Of a stretch of DNA of 64,000 bases, positions 1 to 12,036 are shown piece by piece (position 1 is the first letter of the stretch; every line of letters starts with the position of its first letter). The stretch comes from Escherichia coli 042. GTDB lineage: Bacteria > Pseudomonadota > Gammaproteobacteria > Enterobacterales > Enterobacteriaceae. The stretch lies in assembly GCF_000027125.1 (NCBI RefSeq), contig NC_017626.1. One strand, 5' to 3'. Under the pieces are notes generated by a model. It did not search any database. It was given only the letters and a program-made list of their open reading frames with translations, and had not been told where the DNA came from. The position numbers and the translations under genes are program-made.

Positions 1-540
1 GTTGTTTCCGCATTTGTGAAGTGGGGGGCTGAAGTTCCATTGCCGCCACGTAGCCCGGTGGATATGTTTAATGCAGCGTGTGGCCCGGAATCATTAATCA
101 GGGCTGCTGGGCAAATTGATTGCTCCCGTAATTTTCTCAATCCTCCGTATATTTTTCTTCGAGACTGGCTAGGGCTGACAGATCCTAATGCGGCTGTTTA
201 TACCTTTGCCGGGCATGTCTTTAACTGGGTTGGCGTTACGCACATTATCTTTTCGATAGTGTTTGCCGTTGGTTACTGTGTGGTCGCTGAAGTATTTCCA
301 AAAATTAAACTCTGGCAGGGCTTACTGGCAGGTGCTTTAGCCCAACTTTTTGTTCATATGATTTCATTCCCTCTCATGGGACTGACGCCACCTCTGTTTG
401 ATCTCCCGTGGTATGAGAATGTTTCTGAAATTTTTGGACATTTAGTCTGGTTCTGGTCCATTGAAATTATTCGCAGAGATTTACGAAACAGAATTACTCA
501 TGAGCCAGACCCTGAGATCCCTTTAGGCTCAAACAGATAA
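1..540 (+). CDS. yagU: Inner membrane protein YagU (DUF1440 family), 5'-truncated by the window edge
   Basis: ORF 16..540 is open back to position 1 in frame; translation ([22 protein letters not shown]...) matches the C-terminal portion of E. coli YagU; hydrophobic segments. Confidence 0.8.
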
Positions 541-553
541 TGCATTGAATAAT

Positions 554-583
554 AAAAATGGCGCAAATGCAGCGCCATTTTTA
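554..583. terminator. Bidirectional rho-independent terminator between convergent yagU and ykgJ
   Basis: Perfect 6-bp stem TGGCGC / GCGCCA (559-564, 572-577) with a 7-nt loop, flanked by an A-run upstream and a T-run downstream. Confidence 0.6.
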
Positions 584-788
584 TAGGTTAAAAACATTGC
601 TTTTTACTTTCTGAAGCAGATAGCCAGTGAGTACATCGCGCTACTTCAGGATGCTGTAGATCCGGAGAACACTATAGAGGAAGATGCATTGTTGCTGGCA
701 GATGGAAGAAGTTTCGGGTTTTGTTATCCCTGAAAAACGAAGCCCCGCGGTTATAGCTGGCGGGGCAGTGCAATTAATTATTGCATAT

Positions 789-1118
789 TTATAACGGTGT
801 CAGCCCGTATTTAGCTCTTGCACGATTGCAAGCCTCATTGACGACTCCGTTCTCACCAGACATGGCGAATTCTCTGCACGTGGACGATCGATTTTTATAT
901 ATCGTGCAGCAGGCATTTTTGCCCGGGGTTCCTGCAAGGGCAATACATCGGGGGTTTTTCTGATTGGTACCGCTCATGCATCGGTGAAAAGGGGATATTT
1001 GTTCAGTGAGCCTGGCGGGAATGGTACCGCCAGCATCGTCGGCTTCGGCCCAGTAAAAAGAGACGCGGAAAAATGCACAACAGGCACCACACGTCATGCA
1101 TGGATTCAGATTGCTCAT
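789..1118 (-). CDS. ykgJ: YkgJ, small Cys-rich ferredoxin-like / metal-chelating protein (UPF0153)
   Basis: 109-aa ORF with N-terminal CMTCGACC cysteine cluster and further Cys pairs; length and sequence match E. coli YkgJ. Confidence 0.8.
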
Positions 1119-1430
1119 AATTCACCAGTACAGCTTTAAATCGTAAAGAGAACAGCGGTACATCGTATGTAAGAACGTACCGCGGTTGGCTGGTGTACTT
1201 TCGATAGTGTGAGTATTGAATGATTTCCAGCCTTTACCGATTTTACGTACTAATTCGTGAATAAACCACTCGTTAGCAGGCTGCCTGGTACCTTTCCGCG
1301 TCTCCTGAACACGATGGTGTACATATGAGAAAGCCCATCGTTACAGGTGACATTGACGATCGCTTCCACATTATTTAAACGATTTTTGAGTCTCTGAGGT
1401 GGAATTCTTCCCTCGTCCGATGGATAAGTC

Positions 1431-2141
1431 TTAGTCCGCCGAAGGGGGCTTAGCCGGACAGGAATCGCTAATCTTAATGAATTTGTCGTTATAGACCAGA
1501 TAATGATTCCCCGGCTGACGTAACTCAGGCTGATGAACCACGTCTCCCGGACGTAGATACCAGGCGTCGCCTTCCTCTTCGGTCGAATCACATCCTGGTT
1601 TAATCAGTAGCTTAAACCACGTGTTGCCGGTGTTACTTACCGTTCCTGTCACCTGGTCGAAGGACCATCTAAACTGAACCTGACGAGGTCGTACTACCAG
1701 AATGGTATCCATCACCACCACCGGCTCCGTGCTGACCTCGCCGCCGGTTGGGCTGCGACTTGTCTGGTTGCGAGTGGGGACCTCGCGAAATGAGACCCGG
1801 TAGTAGCGCTCGCGGTTATCCTGTGGCCCATGATAGTAAAATTTAAAATACTCGCTCTCACCAGCCTGCAACGCCAGCTGGCGGGGGGCGAAAAGCAGTT
1901 CACCATCCACCGGTCGGGTGCGCAATTCACTGCTGCCTGGGCTATCAATTGCACTGATGGCAATACGGTATATCCGCGCGCTTTTGTTGTTATTCACTAC
2001 ACGTTTGCTGACAAAGTCAGTCTCGGACGGCAGTGAAAAAGTCAGATTGCCGACCGAAATCGCCTGTGTCAAAGGTGCCGCCAGCATACAGACCACTGTC
2101 AGCAGGGCCTTAGTTAATGTTACGCCACGTCGCCTGAACAT
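1431..2141 (-). CDS. ecpE: E. coli common pilus operon protein EcpE (periplasmic chaperone-like)
   Basis: ORF 1431..2186; start placed at the internal ATG (MFRRRGVTL...) preceded by AGGAGA; signal peptide; position at the distal end of the ecp operon. Confidence 0.85.
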   Translation of the reverse strand: MFRRRGVTLTKALLTVVCMLAAPLTQAISVGNLTFSLPSETDFVSKRVVNNNKSARIYRIAISAIDSPGSSELRTRPVDGELLFAPRQLALQAGESEYFKFYYHGPQDNRERYYRVSFREVPTRNQTSRSPTGGEVSTEPVVVMDTILVVRPRQVQFRWSFDQVTGTVSNTGNTWFKLLIKPGCDSTEEEGDAWYLRPGDVVHQPELRQPGNHYLVYNDKFIKISDSCPAKPPSAD

Positions 2142-3753
2142 GAATTTCTCCTGAAGCGCTGACTTCGCCAAACCAGCCGTTATCATCTACCGTACGCAGC
2201 GAAATGGCGTTATCCATTGGAATCGAAAATTTGACAGTAGTCTTATCCATCTGCCCCACTTCGCCAGAGATATCAGTCCACGGTGTAGTCAGCCACAGCG
2301 CATCGGTCATATCCCGCCAGCTATCATCGCACCCGGCATCGTAGGTTTTTGTAGCTCCGTTGCGGGCAATAAAGGAAAGTGTCGCCGGGAACGGTACTTT
2401 CGCCTTACCGTCATCGGAGCTGAAGACACAATAGGAGCGCCCGCCAATCACCTGCGCGGGTCCGGTCACCTTGATCAGCACTTCGTCGGCAGCTGTTTTA
2501 CCGCTGGTGGTTACGATATAACCGAAATCGAGTGCCGACTCGCCGCTACCAACATATCCCTCCCGCGACGGTGTCTGAGTATATTCATCGGAGATAATAC
2601 TGATGCTGAAATCACGGGGTTTGATAATCAGCGTGTTGGAGGTAGAAAATTCATACCAGCCAGACTCCGGTGATGTGGTGTTCTGAAAGCGAAAGTTGAA
2701 TAGATCTTTGGTGTTGATATCGCTGATCCCGAGGTTCACCATCTGCTTAAAGAAGTTGCTCGAGAAGAAAACATAGATCGAGTCTGCGCTCTTCATCTCG
2801 TTGAAGGTGTAGTAATAGGCAGTATTGCTCACCGGTTTCCATGAACTGCCATTCAGACTGAACTGCATATCGTACGCCCCGACGGCCGAGGCTAACGACG
2901 AGTTGGCGATCGCCGGGAATATATGGATTGAGGTGTTGCTGAGTCCGTTTGTTTGCAGGGTATAGTTAACCATCTTACAACTTAATCCTGAACGGCTGCC
3001 GATGGTTTGCGTCCGGCAGTCGGCGTTCCCTTCGCCCAGAGTCGGTACTCCGTCGCTGTTGATAAATACTTCCGCCAGCGAGTGGGTATTTATCAACCGT
3101 AGATTTGCTGCTTTCGTATGGGTGACGTTGCGAACATACCAGTTGCCGGAGGCCTGATCCTTACAGCGTGCGCCGCTGCTGGCGTCATAGTTCACAGAGG
3201 TCTGGCAGGCATTGATGGTCATTGTAAAGCTGCTGCCGACGGGCATTTGTTGCAGATACTGGTAAAACGCGTCTGACAACATGCCGTGCATCCACTTCGC
3301 GCCGCCGCTGGTCACCGTCGCGCCATAAAATCCACTGGCGTCGGTGGTTTGCGGCAGGATAAGACTGGTGGTCATATTACACCCTGCGTACCAGTTGATG
3401 CAGCGCAAGCCAGTTAAAGGAGATGAAACTGGTGAATTTTCCAGCCACATATCAAACTTCCAGTTGGTATAAAGGCCGGTGTTGTAACCGTTATCAATGT
3501 AGCCGAGGCTTTGCTGATAGATGGTTCCTGAACCATTGTATTTTAAACCGGTCCAGCGGTTGGCACCGGTCAGGCGCGGATCCAGCGCCCCGCCAGGCGT
3601 GACGAAAAAGTTGTCGTCTGAGTTGTTTTCGACAAACACAAACTCGCGTGCCGGAGCATCCGCCCAGGTTGTTTTGCTCACTGCCGCTCTGAGCGCGGTT
3701 GCAGGCCAGATTAGCGCAAAGATTATCATCGCTATCAGTAGGTTAACTCTCAT
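2110..3753 (-). CDS. ecpD: EcpD, tip adhesin/polymerised tip subunit of the E. coli common pilus
   Basis: 547-aa ORF with N-terminal signal peptide; size and position in the ecpRABCDE order. Confidence 0.9.
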   Translation of the reverse strand: MRVNLLIAMIIFALIWPATALRAAVSKTTWADAPAREFVFVENNSDDNFFVTPGGALDPRLTGANRWTGLKYNGSGTIYQQSLGYIDNGYNTGLYTNWKFDMWLENSPVSSPLTGLRCINWYAGCNMTTSLILPQTTDASGFYGATVTSGGAKWMHGMLSDAFYQYLQQMPVGSSFTMTINACQTSVNYDASSGARCKDQASGNWYVRNVTHTKAANLRLINTHSLAEVFINSDGVPTLGEGNADCRTQTIGSRSGLSCKMVNYTLQTNGLSNTSIHIFPAIANSSLASAVGAYDMQFSLNGSSWKPVSNTAYYYTFNEMKSADSIYVFFSSNFFKQMVNLGISDINTKDLFNFRFQNTTSPESGWYEFSTSNTLIIKPRDFSISIISDEYTQTPSREGYVGSGESALDFGYIVTTSGKTAADEVLIKVTGPAQVIGGRSYCVFSSDDGKAKVPFPATLSFIARNGATKTYDAGCDDSWRDMTDALWLTTPWTDISGEVGQMDKTTVKFSIPMDNAISLRTVDDNGWFGEVSASGEIHVQATWRNIN

Positions 3754-6268
3754 TCTCTTCTCCTGTCTGCGTCACCGCCGCCCACGATGAGAGGCCGCTG
3801 CAGACCACATCACCGACCCAGACGGCACCGCGCGCCTGGTTGAGTTCCAGTGCCACTTCGCAGGTTTTATTGCCACTGTAGCGAAAATCGATAGTGGGGT
3901 ATTTCTTGTCCACGTCCATGACAAACTCGCCGTTTTCATCGGTTCGGGTTCGGCCGATATGGTTGTTAATCCGTGCGTTAGCCAGCAGTGTGCCGTCTTC
4001 CGCACGGATACGACCGGAGACGGTAACCATCTGCTTCACCTCTGGCTCAATGACAGCGACATTGCCTGGATAGAGAGTCAGATGGCTTTTGCGACCGCTG
4101 ACGATATCGTAACTGTCGAGTGAGTTTTTGCTGTTCTGTAACTCCACCTCATATCTTCCATAGGGAGAGAGCGGGAGATAGTTACGCTTGCCGTTAAGCG
4201 GGAAAATCCGCCCGTTGATTTTGGCGCTGATCTGACCATCGTTCTCCAGGCCAGTGTCGAATATCACCCCAGCATTGCCATCGGTCCGCCCGCTGGCAGC
4301 AATGTTTTTACCCTGCCAGCCGACGCTGCCATTGGCGGTCAAGTTGGTATTGATGTAGCCGTCCGCCGCGCTATTGATGTTCAGCGTTCCGCTGGCGTAA
4401 CGAGCGTCGAACTGTGCATACGCCCCACCGCTGAGGGTTTTGTCATCACCGGTATCGCCGGAGATGGCTCGTGACAGATTGGCACCAACAGTGCGAATGG
4501 TCCCTTCATCAAACTGCTTGCGTGCTGACAGGTTTGCCATGGTGTAGCCGTTTTGATGAGTCATCCCTGCGCTAAACCAGTTGCCCAGTGGTAGCGAGAG
4601 ATCGAGAGCGATATATTTCCCTGTATTGGCGTTGCTGTCGCCGTTGTTATAGCGCTGAATACCGGCCCGCAGGCCAAGCGAACCAAAGGGACCGCTGTAG
4701 ACATTTTGATAGTAATCTGCCGTGTAATAATGGCTGTTGTAACGGCGGTCATCATTGTAGCTGATGCTGAATGTGCCCAGCTTCGACCACAGTGAGTTCA
4801 GGTTGAGTGTGCCGCCGATTGCACGGTTGTCGGCATCGCTACGTCGCAATTGATTGCCAATGCGGGTTTTTTCCTGGTTAACCCACAGCGAACTAAAGCC
4901 TCCCGGTAGAGTGGCGCTGATGCTGGCGATGTTGCTCCATGAGCTGTCACTGGCCAGCATATTTTGCAGGTTAACGTTGATCGCTCCCCCAAGCGGCAGC
5001 GTCAGACGGGTTTCACCCACCGCCTGATTATCGTATCCATATCCCGTTGCCGCCCAGCTAAGCGTACTCAGTGAGCCGGAGGTCGAGGCACCTGCCAGCC
5101 AACTCTCTTTAGCTGGTCGCGTCTTTTTCCCGTTTTCCGACCAGCGATCCATATGAAAGCTACCGCCCCATATCTGCCACGCCAGTGGTGCACCGACGCC
5201 GCGCCCCCGGCTAAACAGCTTATTGACCCGTTGAGTGCGTTTGCTGATCACGCGACCGTTAACGATGACCTCAACTTCCACATCGTAAATACCGTACGGT
5301 AGACCCCGGGTATCCACTTCATGATTGCCCATGGTGAAGTTCTGAACGCTTAGTAGCCGCCCATCACGGGTGAGATGTACTTCGCCCGCCGCCGGTAAAA
5401 AGGCGATCACTGGCGTGGCCGACTGGCTGCTGTCGAAGATGGTGGAGCTGGCCTGGTTTCCCCAGGAAAGGCCGTAAATCTTCCCTGCTGAAATGGCGGT
5501 CATCGGCCCTAAGGACTGCAAGTTCCAGGTGTCGAGCATTCCACCGGCAAATCGGTGACCGGCAAAATCGCGTTCATACATCGCTTTATATAATTCACTG
5601 TCCTGTTGACCGCTACCGATCCCGTACAGCGAGCCGTCGAGCACCACATGATGTTCGCGCAGTGCAGTAACGTTATTCAGCGACAGATAGCTGGATGTGT
5701 TGTTCCCGCCGTTACGCAACTGGTTATTATAGATGCCGAAGTTATAGCTCAGATTACTGCTGAGGGTGTTAACACTGGACTGCCCGATGTCTTCGCTACG
5801 TGAGCGTAGTACAGTGCCCAGCGCTTCGCGCTTGACCACCAGCTGCAGCAGCAGTTGGCGCAAGCTGAGATCCAGCTGCGCGTTGTCAGTCAGGGGGATG
5901 GTAAGGGCCTCATTGAACGGGGCGTTCGCCAGAGCCATCAGCTGCTGTCGAGTTTGTTCGCTGACACTGGCGTTATCTTCACTCTCTTCCAGCTGTATTT
6001 TCCGGATGCGTAGCTGTCCATCATCCAACCAGATAAAAGCGCTGCCGATTCGCTGATCGTCCTGGCGACCCTGGCTACCGGCAAGATGAATATAGAGCGG
6101 GACGCTCATGCCGTCCTGAAGCGCCTGACTGAAGGCCTGCGGAATAATCACCCCACCTATTTGCTGCGCACTTATGTCAGCAGCGCTGGCATCGGGTTGA
6201 ACGAACAAAAAGACCATGCCGAAGGCAAACTGGGCTTTCAGTCCTGGGGAGAACCGTCGTAAAGGCAT
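3743..6268 (-). CDS. ecpC: EcpC, outer-membrane usher of the E. coli common pilus
   Basis: 841-aa ORF, signal peptide, usher-sized beta-barrel protein; overlaps ecpD start by 11 nt. Confidence 0.9.
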   Translation of the reverse strand: MPLRRFSPGLKAQFAFGMVFLFVQPDASAADISAQQIGGVIIPQAFSQALQDGMSVPLYIHLAGSQGRQDDQRIGSAFIWLDDGQLRIRKIQLEESEDNASVSEQTRQQLMALANAPFNEALTIPLTDNAQLDLSLRQLLLQLVVKREALGTVLRSRSEDIGQSSVNTLSSNLSYNFGIYNNQLRNGGNNTSSYLSLNNVTALREHHVVLDGSLYGIGSGQQDSELYKAMYERDFAGHRFAGGMLDTWNLQSLGPMTAISAGKIYGLSWGNQASSTIFDSSQSATPVIAFLPAAGEVHLTRDGRLLSVQNFTMGNHEVDTRGLPYGIYDVEVEVIVNGRVISKRTQRVNKLFSRGRGVGAPLAWQIWGGSFHMDRWSENGKKTRPAKESWLAGASTSGSLSTLSWAATGYGYDNQAVGETRLTLPLGGAINVNLQNMLASDSSWSNIASISATLPGGFSSLWVNQEKTRIGNQLRRSDADNRAIGGTLNLNSLWSKLGTFSISYNDDRRYNSHYYTADYYQNVYSGPFGSLGLRAGIQRYNNGDSNANTGKYIALDLSLPLGNWFSAGMTHQNGYTMANLSARKQFDEGTIRTVGANLSRAISGDTGDDKTLSGGAYAQFDARYASGTLNINSAADGYINTNLTANGSVGWQGKNIAASGRTDGNAGVIFDTGLENDGQISAKINGRIFPLNGKRNYLPLSPYGRYEVELQNSKNSLDSYDIVSGRKSHLTLYPGNVAVIEPEVKQMVTVSGRIRAEDGTLLANARINNHIGRTRTDENGEFVMDVDKKYPTIDFRYSGNKTCEVALELNQARGAVWVGDVVCSGLSSWAAVTQTGEENES

Positions 6269-6293
6269 TGTCGTTATCCATCTGCACAGCTAT

Positions 6294-6962
6294 CTATTTC
6301 ACGGGAATGAACTTATCACCCTGCCAAAGTGCAACCCGTCCTTTGTTATCCGCCGTGTCCACGCGGGTAAAACGACGCGACTTGCCCGGCATCAGGTAGT
6401 AATTCTCTTTACACTCCTTACCATTGGCGGCTTTCAGGCAGGGGCCATAGGCGAGGATCCGCAGCGTCGCATTTCCTGTATTTGTCAGGGAGCCGTTGGC
6501 GTACTGAAAGCGGTAGTTCGCCTGGCGGGGGGCGACGACCAGAATGGTGCCGATGCGGGCGGAAGCAGTGGCCACAGCGCTGCGGTTGGCATTCTCGCGC
6601 TGCGCATCACTGAGGGCCTGATCGAACCAGACAATGCGGTAATAGCGCTCTTTCTCATCTACTGGTCCCTTATAGAAGAAGCGGATCACTTCGCTGGCTT
6701 GGGCGGGTAGCAGCAAGCTGGCGGGAGTGAGTAGCAACTCATCCGGCTTGTCCATTGCGATAACCTGCCCGTCGTCAAGCGGTGAAGAGAGCCGTTCGAG
6801 ACGGATATTGATGAGGCGGCCACTGTCGGTACTGTTTTGGATCGTTTTGCTCAGCGTGCTGCTGTCACTGTTCATAAACGATGATATATCGCCGACATCC
6901 AGCGCCTGGGCCGGAGATATTCCGGAAAACAGCAGAGTGAGAGGCAGAAGGTGCTTTTTCAT
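6294..6962 (-). CDS. ecpB: EcpB, periplasmic pilus chaperone
   Basis: ORF 6294..7010; start placed at MKKHLLPL (ATG at 6962) giving 222 aa with a signal peptide; sequence is related to EcpE. Confidence 0.85.
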   Translation of the reverse strand: MKKHLLPLTLLFSGISPAQALDVGDISSFMNSDSSTLSKTIQNSTDSGRLINIRLERLSSPLDDGQVIAMDKPDELLLTPASLLLPAQASEVIRFFYKGPVDEKERYYRIVWFDQALSDAQRENANRSAVATASARIGTILVVAPRQANYRFQYANGSLTNTGNATLRILAYGPCLKAANGKECKENYYLMPGKSRRFTRVDTADNKGRVALWQGDKFIPVK

Positions 6963-7018
6963 AACAATTCCGTCCAGGAATAAAGCAGGGGGGTACCCCT
7001 GCTGGTACATCAGAGAGA

Positions 7019-7606
7019 TTAACTGGTCCAGGTCGCGTCGAACTGTACGCTAACGTCGCCGCTCCAGATGCCTTCCGGTAGAGTGCTGTAATCGGTTACT
7101 GCGGTGGTACCATTGGTGGTGCCGCTGATGATGGAGAAAGTGAAACCATCCTGTGCGGTGGTACGATTGCTGGCATTGTAACCGTTAGCCAGTGGGCTAA
7201 GGTTGCCGCCCAGTACGCCGTTGGCGGTATCGATCATCACGGTATCGCCAGTTTTTTCGACTGCCGCGCCGTTATAATCCACGCCCACATTCAGTGTGGA
7301 ACCTGAGGTATCCAACTGGGTTAAGGTGTTGGTGATAAGACGTGAGGTCAGTTTAAAGGCGGTAGCCGTTGAGTCACCCTCGATAGCTACGTCAAATAGA
7401 CCTTTCTGTGAGTTAAAACCTTTAATGCCTTCGGCATACTGGAACGCCAGGCTACCGAGTGGCGTCACAACCAGTTTACTGGTGGTGTCTTTTTTGGCTG
7501 TTGCCGACCAGGTCGCTACAGCCTGAGCCGTTACGTCAGCAGCCTGCGCCACACCCATGCCGGTAAACACCGTTACCAGAGCTATTGCCAGAACCTTTTT
7601 TTTCAT
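7019..7606 (-). CDS. ecpA: EcpA (MatB), major subunit of the E. coli common pilus
   Basis: 195-aa ORF with signal peptide ([22 protein letters not shown]) and Thr/Gly/Ser-rich pilin-like body. Confidence 0.9.
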   Translation of the reverse strand: MKKKVLAIALVTVFTGMGVAQAADVTAQAVATWSATAKKDTTSKLVVTPLGSLAFQYAEGIKGFNSQKGLFDVAIEGDSTATAFKLTSRLITNTLTQLDTSGSTLNVGVDYNGAAVEKTGDTVMIDTANGVLGGNLSPLANGYNASNRTTAQDGFTFSIISGTTNGTTAVTDYSTLPEGIWSGDVSVQFDATWTS

Positions 7607-7680
7607 TGCATTTCTTCCCGAGTTGAATTGAGGACGTGATGTCCCTGTGAGTCATTTTTTAAAACTAACTTGCCTGGAGT

Positions 7681-8292
<612 letters not shown>

Positions 8293-9306
8293 TTACAGGT
8301 ACATTCAGTTTCTTTAGTAAATCGGAAGTAAATAAGATACGTAGCACATATCAATATAGGTTAAACGAGATTAAGTTTTAATTATTTCGATTAGGTTTAA
8401 ATTTATGTTTTTTTCCTGATGAGTGTCAATATGTGAACAGAAAAGGAATTCCATGGTTAAGTCAATATTTACAAAAAATGAAAATATTGCTTTTTTGATA
8501 AGAAGAAAAAGACATTCAGTTTCATAAGGTTATTGGCAATATAACGTTCAATTCTTACTTGCATTTTATATTAGCCAGGAACTTTGCCCTGAGGTGTTAG
8601 GAATAGTCTTAATGTGTTGTGTAATGGACTAGTAAAAAAACAAGTTTAAATGATAAGAAATAGAATATAAAACTATCATGAGTCATAATTAAAGATGATT
8701 TGCCAATCAGTAAGGTGTTTTAATGGATTAACATGCCGCACAAAATGGTTATGGGTGTTCATCCCAATAAGTGATGAAAAATTAAACAGGTGTAAGTACG
8801 TCATCTGTCCGGTAAGCCCCCTAAGAGCCAAATTAAGTGAAGTTAAACGAAGACTGCCAGTTGTCACAGGAACGATGGCCTCTTTGCCAGGGCACTGGAT
8901 TCAGTCATCTGTGCGCGTTACTCTAACTGGCACTCGAACGTCGGCGATGGGGTTACCGGTGGATCAGGCCGTTCCTGTGGCGTAAACGTTTTTATGTCAG
9001 TACCAACAGATTTACCACATTTATCATCTTAACAGTTTGAGTGTAAATGCAGGCTGCGTCGCAAAGGGAGGAAACTGAGTGGCGTGTTCAGTCTAAAAGA
9101 GGGTTGATGCCAGCATACAGGGCGAAGCTGGTCAACAAGTCAACATTAAGATAATGGAATATTCGGAGAGAAACGTCAGGCAGTTGACCTTAAATGAAGA
9201 GGAAGATATATCCCCAGGAAAATTAATGCTGGTGTAATAAATACACCAACATTAATCAGGTCTGATTATTAATCAGACAAATATCGTTAATCCGGCGAAT
9301 TATGAA

Positions 9307-9447
9307 TCAACGTTTTTTCTTACGCCCCTGAACGGCCTTAAAACGTGGATTAGATTTACAAATCACATACAGCCGTCCTTTTCGCTTCACAATCTGACAG
9401 TCTGGATGGCGTTCTTTTGCGGTACGCAGAGAGTTAAGGACTTTCAT
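9307..9447 (-). CDS. rpmJ2: Zinc-independent ribosomal protein L36 paralog
   Basis: Manually translated 46-aa [49 protein letters not shown]; its ATG overlaps the rpmE2 stop (ATGA). Below the ORF-track length cutoff. Confidence 0.9.
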   Translation of the reverse strand: MKVLNSLRTAKERHPDCQIVKRKGRLYVICKSNPRFKAVQGRKKKR

Positions 9448-9710
9448 CACGCCCCCTTTTTCGTGCTAACAAAACGACCAAAACGTTGGGTGAACCGTGC
9501 AACATTTCCTTCTGATGCTACTGTTCTCAGCTTCCCTGTATAGAACGGGTGCGATTTCGAAGAGACATCAATTGTCACGTACGGATACGTTACGCCATCC
9601 AGCTCAATCTCACGGTCTGTTTTGATAGTCGAGCCGATTTTAAAGTACTCATCAACACTGGTGTCATGGAACACCACAGTACGATACTCAGGATGGATAT
9701 TGGGTTTCAT
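9447..9710 (-). CDS. rpmE2: Zinc-independent ribosomal protein L31 paralog
   Basis: ORF 9447..9713 ([19 protein letters not shown]...); conserved L31 type-B N-terminus begins at the second Met. Confidence 0.9.
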
Positions 9711-9721
9711 CATTTTTACCC

Positions 9722-9739
9722 GTTATGTTATAACATAAC
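9722..9739 (-). promoter_or_regulatory. Zur box (zinc uptake regulator operator) upstream of rpmE2-rpmJ2
   Basis: Near-perfect palindrome GTTATGTTATAACATAAC immediately upstream of the rpmE2 start; matches the ATGTTATAA/ATAACAT core of the Zur consensus. Confidence 0.7.
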
Positions 9740-10649
9740 CGTAAAGATACATGCTCATCCGGATCATTTCAACACCCAATCCCTGTGACCATTTGTGGTA
9801 TGTGGAATTTCCTCAACGGGGAAGTCTGGCATTGTTAACAGCCATTGGCTGACGCTCCCATAAACGCCTGGATGAGTGATTGATGATGGTTTCGCTGAGA
9901 GTATGGATTTTTCGAGAATGGAGGTTATCTCCACTTTACTGGCCGATGATTTATCGCAGTATGATTGATTACCTGACAGCGTGTATTCCTCTCCCACGGA
10001 TATAATAATTACTTACAAAAAGGGAGAGGATGCATATTTTAAATATCACTGAAGTGAACAGTTTATTGCCGTTATTAATAGAAATGGAAAAATAAATAGG
10101 CGTATTCTACAATTGCGACAAAAACAACGATATTAATCAGTTTATGACTGATTTGTTGTACTTTATTCTCTTTCATTGGTACTTCCTCGCTTTAAAAAAG
10201 AGTGCACTTCGTAAGTGCCCTTATATAAATAACGAGTTTGGTCAACCAATTTTTTGACATGTATCACAAATTTGAATAGATGTATTACATCAACTATCTT
10301 TTATTGCCCCAACGTCATTGATATATGTCGCCTGAAGTCAGTTCCGGGAATGAGTCTGATCTCAAGACAGGCCCAGTCCTGGCGTTGATTAGCGCTGAGG
10401 AGCATATCGCATCTCATCATAATGTCGTATCTCCTGGGGTGTTATACAAGATATCGTTGTTGGTGACCTGGGAGAGGAATTGAGTTCTATTAAACCGTCA
10501 ACTATGCCGGATACATACTGGATTACACAGCAGGCACGCCTTATGAGAGAACGTGCCGCAGTGACGGGTTAATTATCTGAAAGAATTTGCGAGGCTGTAT
10601 CGGTTACTCATTGGTTTGATAGTTTTACTCTCGGGAGAGTAATAGATAT

Positions 10650-11792
10650 TTAATCCATTAACGGAAACCAGCCAGTTCCTTTCGATGCCTGAATTTGATC
10701 CCATAGTTTATCCGGAATGGTTAATTCAGGAACAAGTTGTGGATTAAGGGTTGTTTGAATTTCATGGCTTCTACCTGATTCAGCTAAAGTCACCCATTCT
10801 GGATTTATCACCAGCCCTTTACCGATCGCAACAAGTGGCAGGCCAGTGGAAATTGCTTCTTGAGCCTGAGACGGTGTGCGTATTTTACCTGCGGCGATTA
10901 CCGGCACTCTGCCTGCAATATGATTTAAAATCAATTCAATAGTTCGGGGGCCATTTGGCGACTCAACAGGGTAGCTATCGTTAATACTGACCAGCGAGGT
11001 ATGTATATACGAAATACCGGATGAAATGAGCCGATCAAGGAGTTTATAAGTATCCTCTATCCGCAGCCCCCCTGTTGCAGATTCTTCAGGAGATATTTTG
11101 TAACCGATGGCAAAGGGCTTTGTCGCATATTCATAGACTACATTTTTTACTTCCTGTAATACGGCCAGCGGGAAGCGCATACGTCCTTCGAGATCTCCTC
11201 CCCATCGGTCATTACGCTGGTTAAATAGAGGGGAGAAGAAATTCTGTAGAAGGAATCCGTGCGCACCATGAAGTTCAATGCCATCAAAACCTGCTTTAAT
11301 CGCCCTTTTTGTGACATCTCCGAATGCTCTAATGGTTTCCTGAATTTCGTTTTCAGTCATTTCCCTGCTTTTTACCACTCTCTTCATAAAGTCACCAGAT
11401 TTTACGCTTGATGCGCTGGCACTAATAACATCGTTATTTGGTACAAGCTCCGGGATGGCTTTATTACCGGCGTGGAAAATCTGCAAAATAGCCGGAGCAC
11501 CGCCACTTTTGGCTGCCGCTGCTAACTTTTCAAGGCTGTTAATGAAACGGTCGTCATACGCGGCAAATTCATGAGTAAACCCAATGCCGTTTGGCGTGAC
11601 ATAGGTACATCCTGTTATTACTAAACCAACATTTTGTGAGCGACGTTTATAAAATTCGAGTTCTTGCTCAGAGATGGTTCCATCAGGATTCGCTGACCAG
11701 GTCGTCATAGGAGCCATAACGATACGATTACGTAGCTTTATTTTTTCTGTCAGCATAAAAGGAGAAAACAATGATGGGTGTTTATTTGTCAT
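10650..11792 (-). CDS. NADH:flavin oxidoreductase, Old Yellow Enzyme family (FMN-dependent ene-reductase)
   Basis: 380-aa ORF with OYE hallmarks (N-terminal ...RIVMAPMTTW..., HGAHGFLL motif); GAGG SD 7 nt upstream of the ATG. Confidence 0.8.
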   Translation of the reverse strand: MTNKHPSLFSPFMLTEKIKLRNRIVMAPMTTWSANPDGTISEQELEFYKRRSQNVGLVITGCTYVTPNGIGFTHEFAAYDDRFINSLEKLAAAAKSGGAPAILQIFHAGNKAIPELVPNNDVISASASSVKSGDFMKRVVKSREMTENEIQETIRAFGDVTKRAIKAGFDGIELHGAHGFLLQNFFSPLFNQRNDRWGGDLEGRMRFPLAVLQEVKNVVYEYATKPFAIGYKISPEESATGGLRIEDTYKLLDRLISSGISYIHTSLVSINDSYPVESPNGPRTIELILNHIAGRVPVIAAGKIRTPSQAQEAISTGLPLVAIGKGLVINPEWVTLAESGRSHEIQTTLNPQLVPELTIPDKLWDQIQASKGTGWFPLMD

Positions 11793-12036
11793 AACAATAC
11801 CTCAAATGTTTATCTGATTTTGATGCGTATGTTTTAACTGGTTAGTTGTTGCCAGCTTTGGAACCAAGGTTTATGGCTTTATTTATAATTCCTTCAAAGG
11901 GTTTCTAATAATCTTAATAATTGAGTTGCTGCTTTTTTGTTTCTTTAATGAAATTTCTTTTTGAGTAATTTTATTATTGTTGTGTAGTCAATAAAGGATA
12001 AATGTCAGGGAGATAAGGAATCTCCCTGTAAGATTA

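Noticed and set aside
1712-6056. Numerous 60-100-aa ORFs on both strands inside ecpE, ecpD and ecpC (for example 1712..1963, 3521..3790, 5766..6056)
   Set aside because: Fully embedded in or antisense to long, well-supported pilus genes; no independent start signals.
6216-6710. 164-aa plus-strand ORF overlapping ecpB
   Set aside because: Antisense to ecpB, which has a signal peptide and chaperone-like sequence; no SD and no recognisable product.
9764-9997. 77-aa minus-strand ORF upstream of the Zur box
   Set aside because: Would start at GTG with no SD and ends immediately at the operator; no recognisable features.
10624-10641. Palindrome TTACTCTCGGGAGAGTAA next to the OYE gene stop as a terminator or operator
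   Set aside because: It lies just inside the 3' end of the coding sequence, has an effective loop of only 2-4 nt and no T-run; probably coincidental.
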